Source: a virus. Taken from it: a stretch of DNA of 6,350 nucleotides. The translations under genes were made by a program, and so were the position numbers. The DNA is taken from positions 1 through 6,350 of IMG/VR virus record IMGVR_UViG_3300014922_000002; one strand, given 5' to 3'. Positions 1-3,635 of this stretch are shown here, piece by piece. The notes beneath the pieces are model-generated. The model worked only from the letters and a program-made list of their open reading frames with translations. It had not been told where the DNA came from and did not search any database. The first letter of the stretch is position 1. Each line of letters begins with the position of its first letter.

Positions 1-92
1 ATTCTGGAACTTTCCACCAGTTTAAAACTAGAACCGAATCTGTTAATACCGGTGCTACTTCTACCGAAAAAAGTACTGAAATCTTTCCAAGA
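1..92. repeat. Terminal redundancy copy 1 (identical to 6259-6350); an assembly or permutation signature of a circular molecule, not a biological repeat
   Basis: Base-by-base comparison: attctggaactttccaccag...atctttccaaga is identical at both ends. Confidence 0.95.
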
Positions 93-959
93 AATCCGGA
101 TTCTATTTCTGTTCGAGAAAATTCTAATTTATGGGCTATTCTTGGAGACTCTCCGAACTTAAGTTTAAAATTCTCCGTTCTTGCTCTTCGTCAGGCTGAA
201 GCTCTTCAGAAATGGAAAGAAATTACTCAGTCTGTAGATACGAATTATAGAGACCAGATTAAGGCTCATTTTGGAGTAAACGTTCCGCAGTCTGAATCTC
301 ATATGGCTAAGTATATTGGAGGTATTGCCCGCAATCTTGATATTTCTGAGGTTATTAATCAGTTTTTGCCTGCTGATTCAGATTCTCAGGCTTACATTTA
401 TGGTAAAGGCGTCGGCTCTGGTCAAGGTTCTATGATTTTTAACACTGATTCTGGATATTATATCCTTATGTGTATTTATCATGCTGTTCCTCTTTTGGAC
501 TATGCATTGAGTGCTCCTGACGGTCAGCACCTTGCTACTTCTGTTGAAGACCTTCCTATCCCGGAATTTGATAGTATTGGTATGGAGTCTGTCCCCGCTG
601 TTGAATTGATGAATTCTTCTTTGTATTCTAATGTGAATTCTGCTGATAAGATTCTTGGTTATAATCCTAGATATTATAATTGGAAAACTAAGATTGATCG
701 CATTCATGGTGCATTTACTACAACTCTTAAAGATTGGGTCGCTCCTATTGATGATTATTTCTTGTATTCTTTGTTTGGAGGAAAACTTTCAACATATAAA
801 GGTGTTACTTGGCCTTTTTTCAAAGTGAATCCGAATACTCTTGATGACATTTTTGCTGTTAAGGTTGATTCTGTTTGGGATACCGACCAATTGTTGGTCA
901 ATGCTAATGTTGGTTGTTATGTTACCCGACCCTTGTCTGCTGACGGAGTCCCTTATTAA
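1..959 (+). CDS. VP1: Major capsid protein VP1, C-terminal part (continuation of 5295..6258); stop TAA at 957-959
   Basis: The frame with codons starting at position 3 is open from the window start. Upstream of the track's first Met it reads ...FSVLALRQAEALQKWKEITQSVDTNYRDQIKAHFGVNVPQSESHMAKYIGG.... The joined length is 964 + 959 = 1923 nt, i.e. 640 aa. The track ORF 303..959 is just the Met-to-stop tail of this gene. Confidence 0.93.
   Translation, partial: SGTFHQFKTRTESVNTGATSTEKSTEIFPRNPDSISVRENSNLWAILGDSPNLSLKFSVLALRQAEALQKWKEITQSVDTNYRDQIKAHFGVNVPQSESHMAKYIGGIARNLDISEVINQFLPADSDSQAYIYGKGVGSGQGSMIFNTDSGYYILMCIYHAVPLLDYALSAPDGQHLATSVEDLPIPEFDSIGMESVPAVELMNSSLYSNVNSADKILGYNPRYYNWKTKIDRIHGAFTTTLKDWVAPIDDYFLYSLFGGKLSTYKGVTWPFFKVNPNTLDDIFAVKVDSVWDTDQLLVNANVGCYVTRPLSADGVPY
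854..921 (+). repeat. Degenerate direct repeat, copy A (inside the VP1 3' end, encodes AVKVDSVWDTDQLLVNANVGCY)
   Basis: Ungapped hand alignment with 966-1033 (offset 112 nt) gives 45/68 identical positions, with identical blocks tgctgttaaggtt, attct, caattgttg and gttatg. Confidence 0.8.
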
Positions 960-965
960 TAGTTC

Positions 966-1033
966 TGCTGTTAAGGTTAATTCTACGTATAACGTTAATC
1001 AATTGTTGATTAGTACAAACATTGTAAGTTATG
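966..1033 (+). repeat. Degenerate direct repeat, copy B (fills the VP1/next-gene spacer; in frame 1 reads AVKVNSTYNVNQLLISTNIVSY)
   Basis: Same alignment as copy A. The copy ends exactly on the ATG (1031-1033) of the downstream 170-aa gene. Confidence 0.8.
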
Positions 1034-1543
1034 AAGGAAAAAAATGCTTTAAAAAAATTCGGACCTGGTTATAGGTATTTTGATTCTGTCCGTGAAGTTC
1101 GGACTTGTCCTATTTGTGCGTCTTCTGAACCTGATATTGTTGTCGAGGAACTTCCTACTGAACGGTTTCGTTTTGAATATTGTGGAGAACCTGATGACCC
1201 TAATGTTCCTGTTCGTATTCGTTCTGATGTATCTATGCTTCTTCATGCTGTCGATATGGCTAATAAATATGGCCAGAATTTCGTTCAGTCTATGATTGAT
1301 TTAAGAAAACCTAAGTCTTCGGCTCTTCAAGAGGCCATGGATAAGATGAGTGATGCTCAAATTCTTGATACTATAAAATCTCGGCACTTACAGTCTCCCT
1401 CTGAATTAATTGCGTGGAGTGAATATTTGACCGAACAGGCTAAGTCTATTGAACAGGAAGCTGAGCGTATTATTCTTGAAAAAGAAGCTTCTGCAGAGGC
1501 ATCTTCTGCTGAAACTCAATCTGTTGAATCTCAAACTGTCTGA
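1031..1543 (+). CDS. 170-aa protein with an acidic, Ser/Glu-rich C-terminus; a possible internal scaffolding (VP3-like) protein by position between VP1 and VP2, but function not established
   Basis: ORF with the same T-ending codon bias as the recognisable genes. Its +1 and codon-register antisense shadow ORFs (1080..1295, 1049..1246) are typical of real coding frames in this genome. Start context is aagttATG. Its stop lies 2 nt before the VP2 ATG. The segment SDAQILDTIKSRHLQSPSELIAW resembles a motif I associate with conserved microvirus accessory proteins, from memory only. Confidence 0.75.
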   Translation: MKEKNALKKFGPGYRYFDSVREVRTCPICASSEPDIVVEELPTERFRFEYCGEPDDPNVPVRIRSDVSMLLHAVDMANKYGQNFVQSMIDLRKPKSSALQEAMDKMSDAQILDTIKSRHLQSPSELIAWSEYLTEQAKSIEQEAERIILEKEASAEASSAETQSVESQTV

Positions 1544-1545
1544 TT

Positions 1546-2664
1546 ATGGGCTTTCTTGACTTTATTCCTGTTGTTGGTCAGGTTGCTTCTGCTATTGGTG
1601 ATGCAGCTAGTGTGAATAGCTCTAACCGCACTAATATGCGTATTAACCAGATGAACAATGAATTCAATGCTGCGGAAGCTGAGAAGTCTCGGCAATTTCA
1701 GCTTGATATGTGGAATCGTGAAAATGAGTACAATAGTGCATCTGCACAGCGTTCTCGTCTTGAATCTGCTGGATTGAATCCTTATTTGATGATGAACGGA
1801 GGTAACTCCGGTATTGCTAGCTCTGTTGGTTCTTCTTCTTCTGCGTCTGCATCCTCTCCTTTGGCTATGCAGCGTCAGGATTTCTCAGGTCTTAGTAATG
1901 CTTTGTCTTCTGCTCTTCAGATTGCTAATCAGACTAAGGAAACAAATGCTAATGTTCAGTCTCTTCAGAGTCAAAAGTCTCTTTATGATGCTCAGGCAAA
2001 TAGTATTTTATCTAATATTGATTGGTGGAAATTAGGTCCTGAATATAAACACTGGTCTCAAGTGACTGGTCTTGCCCGTGCTGGTTTACAGTTTCAGACT
2101 GATAGACAAAATCTTCGCAATCTAAGTTGGTCTGGTCATTTGGTTCAGGCTCAACGTATTGGAGTTCTATTGGACAATAAGAGTAAGTCGGTTCTTAATA
2201 AGTATTTGGATGAAGGTCAGCGTCTTCAATTGGACTTAATGGCAGCTCAGTATTACGATTCTATGGCTTCTGGTCATTTGAAATATCAACAGGCTAAATC
2301 TGAGATTACTAAGCGTATTCTTATGTCAGCTGAAGCTAATGGTTTGCATATTAGTAATGATATCGCAGCTAAAACTTCTGAAGGTTACATAAAGGCTCTT
2401 AATGCAGAGTATGCTGCGTCTTATGATGTTAATTCTCCGTTTTCCGAAGGAAAGGATTCTTATGTCCCGGCTTCTGTATTGAAGGCTCGTATGGATGCCC
2501 TTAATTCTAAGTGGCAATTTGACAAGCGTTATTGGTCTGAAGGTCTTAATGCTCTTGGTGTCATTGGAAATGCTGTTGGTAACGTAAGTAATCTTCGTAA
2601 GCCCGCTTCTCGTAGTACTTCCGTGCCCGGCAATAGGTCTTACAATCGCTATGATAGTCGGTAG
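1546..2664 (+). CDS. VP2: DNA pilot / minor capsid protein VP2 (phiX174 H analogue)
   Basis: 372 aa. It has a Gly/Ala/Ser-rich N-terminus (MGFLDFIPVVGQVASAIGDAAS), then EKSRQFQLDMWNRENEYNSASAQRSRLESAGLNPYLMM. The R-x-x-x-AGLNP segment is the hallmark I recognise in microvirus VP2 proteins. The remainder is Gln/Ser/Ala-rich and predicted helical. It sits downstream of the capsid module. Confidence 0.85.
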   Translation: MGFLDFIPVVGQVASAIGDAASVNSSNRTNMRINQMNNEFNAAEAEKSRQFQLDMWNRENEYNSASAQRSRLESAGLNPYLMMNGGNSGIASSVGSSSSASASSPLAMQRQDFSGLSNALSSALQIANQTKETNANVQSLQSQKSLYDAQANSILSNIDWWKLGPEYKHWSQVTGLARAGLQFQTDRQNLRNLSWSGHLVQAQRIGVLLDNKSKSVLNKYLDEGQRLQLDLMAAQYYDSMASGHLKYQQAKSEITKRILMSAEANGLHISNDIAAKTSEGYIKALNAEYAASYDVNSPFSEGKDSYVPASVLKARMDALNSKWQFDKRYWSEGLNALGVIGNAVGNVSNLRKPASRSTSVPGNRSYNRYDSR

Positions 2665-2737
2665 GCCTCCGTGGCCTGAACGGCTCTCAGGCAACAGGAC
2701 GCGAGTAGCGTCCCTTAGTGACTAACACCTTGATATC

Positions 2738-2781
2738 GGCAGAGCCGCACACCACGCTCATAGAGCGGGTGCAGCTCTGTC
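2738..2781 (+). other. Long imperfect hairpin (about 15-16 bp, loop ATA); possible terminator of the VP1-VP2 transcription unit or a Rep/primase recognition structure
   Basis: Pairs are 2740-2745 with 2774-2779 (cagagc/gctctg), 2747-2750 with 2769-2772 (gcac/gtgc), and 2755-2759 with 2763-2767 (cgctc/gagcg). It is followed by a T/C-rich stretch but not a clean T-run. Confidence 0.5.
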
Positions 2782-2864
2782 CTTATCCTCTTTCATTAGG
2801 ATGCTTCTCTTCTGATTGACAACTGTCGTTCCTTCCCTTTATACCCCTTAAAATATATATCACT

Positions 2865-2874
2865 GGCGAAAGCC
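2865..2874 (+). other. GGC-GAAA-GCC mini-hairpin containing the exact octamer GCGAAAGC
   Basis: Read directly: ggcgaaagcc. d(GCGAAAGC) is the classic extraordinarily stable ssDNA mini-hairpin. The loop is GAAA only on the + (packaged, mRNA-sense) strand. Confidence 0.6.
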
Positions 2875-2886
2875 TATTTCATTTAT

Positions 2887-2920
2887 CCCGAAAGGGTTTT
2901 CGGTTAATCTCCGCCGAAAA
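2887..2920 (+). other. CCC-GAAA-GGG hairpin immediately followed by a 7-bp hairpin ttttcgg(10 nt)ccgaaaa, with alternative pairing
   Basis: cccgaaaggg lies at 2887-2896. ttttcgg (2897-2903) pairs with ccgaaaa (2914-2920). tttcgg (2898-2903) can alternatively pair with ccgaaa (2888-2893). Confidence 0.55.
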
Positions 2921-2982
2921 CTCTCTTCCTCTTGCCTTATTTTAGATAAATGACAGTGTTTCTTCAAAAAAAAATCTAATTG

Positions 2983-3014
2983 TTTGCATTTAAAAAAAAT
3001 AATTCTTTTATTTG
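2983..3014 (+). promoter_or_regulatory. Candidate Bacteroidota-type promoter: -33 TTTG (2983-2986), 20-nt spacer, -7-like TTTATTTG (3007-3014; consensus TAnnTTTG)
   Basis: It is the only extended A/T-rich non-coding segment (2941-3037), directly upstream of the small-ORF/Rep gene block. TTTGCA occurs at 2983 and 3011, and TTTGAC at 3032. The match to the -7 consensus is imperfect. Confidence 0.35.
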
Positions 3015-3037
3015 CACTGTATTTTAAATGATTTGAC

Positions 3038-3238
3038 ATGTTCGTATCTTCTGTTATAGTTGTGTTCTCTTCTGAGGATGACTCTTCGTTGCAGTCTGCC
3101 TCTATTCATCTTACTCCTTCTGTAGGATGTACTCTTTCTCATACTATCGAATTCGTTAGTAAGAATCCTATAGTAAAGTCTTATTTAAGGAATAAATATC
3201 GTATTATTAATTTTACTTTTAAATATTCGAAGTTATGA
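3038..3238 (+). CDS. Hypothetical 66-aa protein (hydrophobic N-terminus, basic C-terminus)
   Basis: Third-codon-position T is 38/66 by hand count, matching the coding bias of the recognised genes. Its stop overlaps the next start (ATGA at 3235-3238), suggesting translational coupling. It is the only gene lacking the TTATG start context, so its start or reality is less secure. Confidence 0.5.
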   Translation: MFVSSVIVVFSSEDDSSLQSASIHLTPSVGCTLSHTIEFVSKNPIVKSYLRNKYRIINFTFKYSKL

Positions 3239-3432
3239 AAATTACACCTCAACAATGGATTGAAGTGGTTAAATTGATTTCCACTTTTATTATTGGTCTT
3301 ATTACGGCTTTGTACATTCAGTCTTGTACTGCCTCTATGTCTATTTCTAAGTATAACAGTAATTCTACTCAGAATACTGAGCAAACTTCTTCTTCTTCTG
3401 TGGATTCGACTAAAATAAATATTAACCGTTAA
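3235..3432 (+). CDS. Hypothetical 65-aa membrane-anchored protein (one N-terminal transmembrane or signal-anchor segment, possible lipobox-like IQSC, Ser/Thr/Asn-rich tail)
   Basis: Translation is MKITPQQWIEVVKLISTFIIGLITALYIQSCTASMSISKYNSNSTQNTEQTSSSSVDSTKININR, with hydrophobic stretch about aa 11-29 (nt ~3265-3321). Start context is aagttATG. The codon-register antisense shadow ORF 3181..3384 indicates NNT codon bias in this frame. Confidence 0.6.
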   Translation: MKITPQQWIEVVKLISTFIIGLITALYIQSCTASMSISKYNSNSTQNTEQTSSSSVDSTKININR

Positions 3433-3444
3433 AATTATTTTGTT

Positions 3445-3633
3445 ATGGAAAAGAAAATATCTCCTAAATCTGAAAGTGTGTATCTTGTATCTGTTAGACC
3501 TAAGGCTTCAAATGCTCAAGGACAGGTTTTTGTTGTATCTTCGTCTTCTCTTGATTCGTTTATTGATACGCATCTTACCCCTGATTCCGTGTTATTGATT
3601 GATACCGTTGACACTTATGGCATAGATGTATAG
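3445..3633 (+). CDS. Hypothetical 62-aa protein (acidic C-terminus)
   Basis: Third-position T is 33/62 by hand count. Start context is ttgttATG. Its stop TAG lies 2 nt before the VP4 ATG (tagttATG), the same junction geometry as the 170-aa/VP2 pair (tgattATG). Confidence 0.55.
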   Translation: MEKKISPKSESVYLVSVRPKASNAQGQVFVVSSSSLDSFIDTHLTPDSVLLIDTVDTYGIDV

Positions 3634-3635
3634 TT

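Larger units (their letters stand above)
2663..2936 (+). other. Non-coding, G+C-enriched, hairpin-dense module: candidate ssDNA replication signal (complementary-strand priming site and/or Rep nick site) or structured RNA
   Basis: No ORF of 60 aa or more on either strand. Hand count gives 72/120 G+C for 2661-2780, versus roughly 35-45% in sampled coding stretches. Consecutive stem-loops are 2663-2677 (aggcc/ggcct), 2697-2713 (ggacgc-gagta-gcgtcc), 2738-2781 (15-16 bp imperfect), 2785-2802 (atcct/aggat), 2865-2874, 2887-2896 and 2897-2920. Polypyrimidine runs lie at 2780-2850 and 2921-2938. Confidence 0.6.

Noticed and set aside
378-707. Minus-strand ORFs 378..707, 1049..1246, 2326..2694, 3181..3384, 4668..4874 and 6054..6275
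   Set aside because: Each is in exact codon register with the + strand gene it overlaps. Because + strand codons mostly end in T, the antisense codons start with A and so can never be stops. This yields Ile/Arg/Asn/Thr/Ser/Lys-rich translations (e.g. IIISRIITKNLISRIHIRIQRRI). They are compositional shadows with no independent support.
303-959. Track ORF 303..959 (218 aa) as a stand-alone gene
   Set aside because: The frame is open all the way back to the window start and is continuous with the ORF starting at 5295 across the circular junction. Position 303 is just an internal Met of VP1.
841-1074. +1-frame ORFs 841..1074, 1080..1295, 1814..2035, 4957..5205 and 5332..5541
   Set aside because: All lie in the +1 register of a recognised gene. 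T-ending codons put T at their second codon position, giving stop-poor, Leu/Ile/Val/Phe/Met-rich pseudo-proteins. The only notable content is the VP1-like fossil in 961-1033, reported separately.
2740-2779. Resemblance of the long hairpin (begins gAGCcgcac) to group II intron domain V
   Set aside because: The loop is ATA rather than a GNRA tetraloop, and the length and bulge geometry do not fit the 34-nt domain V. There are no other intron domains and no reverse-transcriptase or maturase ORF.
2812-2827. Hammerhead-like CTGATTGA followed by a small stem (gac-aact-gtc)
   Set aside because: The core should be CUGAnGA with a properly placed GAAA and three helices. Here the box has an extra T, the stem is only 3 bp, and no stem I/III partners are evident.
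2841-2871. Possible Xer/dif-like or attP core around the (TA)4 run (ccccttaaaatatatatcactggcg)
   Set aside because: The flanking arms are not inverted repeats, and they lack the ATAA/TTAT inner arms of dif-type sites as I remember them. Lysogeny cannot be excluded, but this site does not support it.
2887-2900. cccgaaagggtttt as an intrinsic terminator
   Set aside because: The stem is only 3 bp, too weak for a canonical rho-independent terminator, and the T-run is itself the 5' arm of the next hairpin. It is treated as part of the structured module instead.
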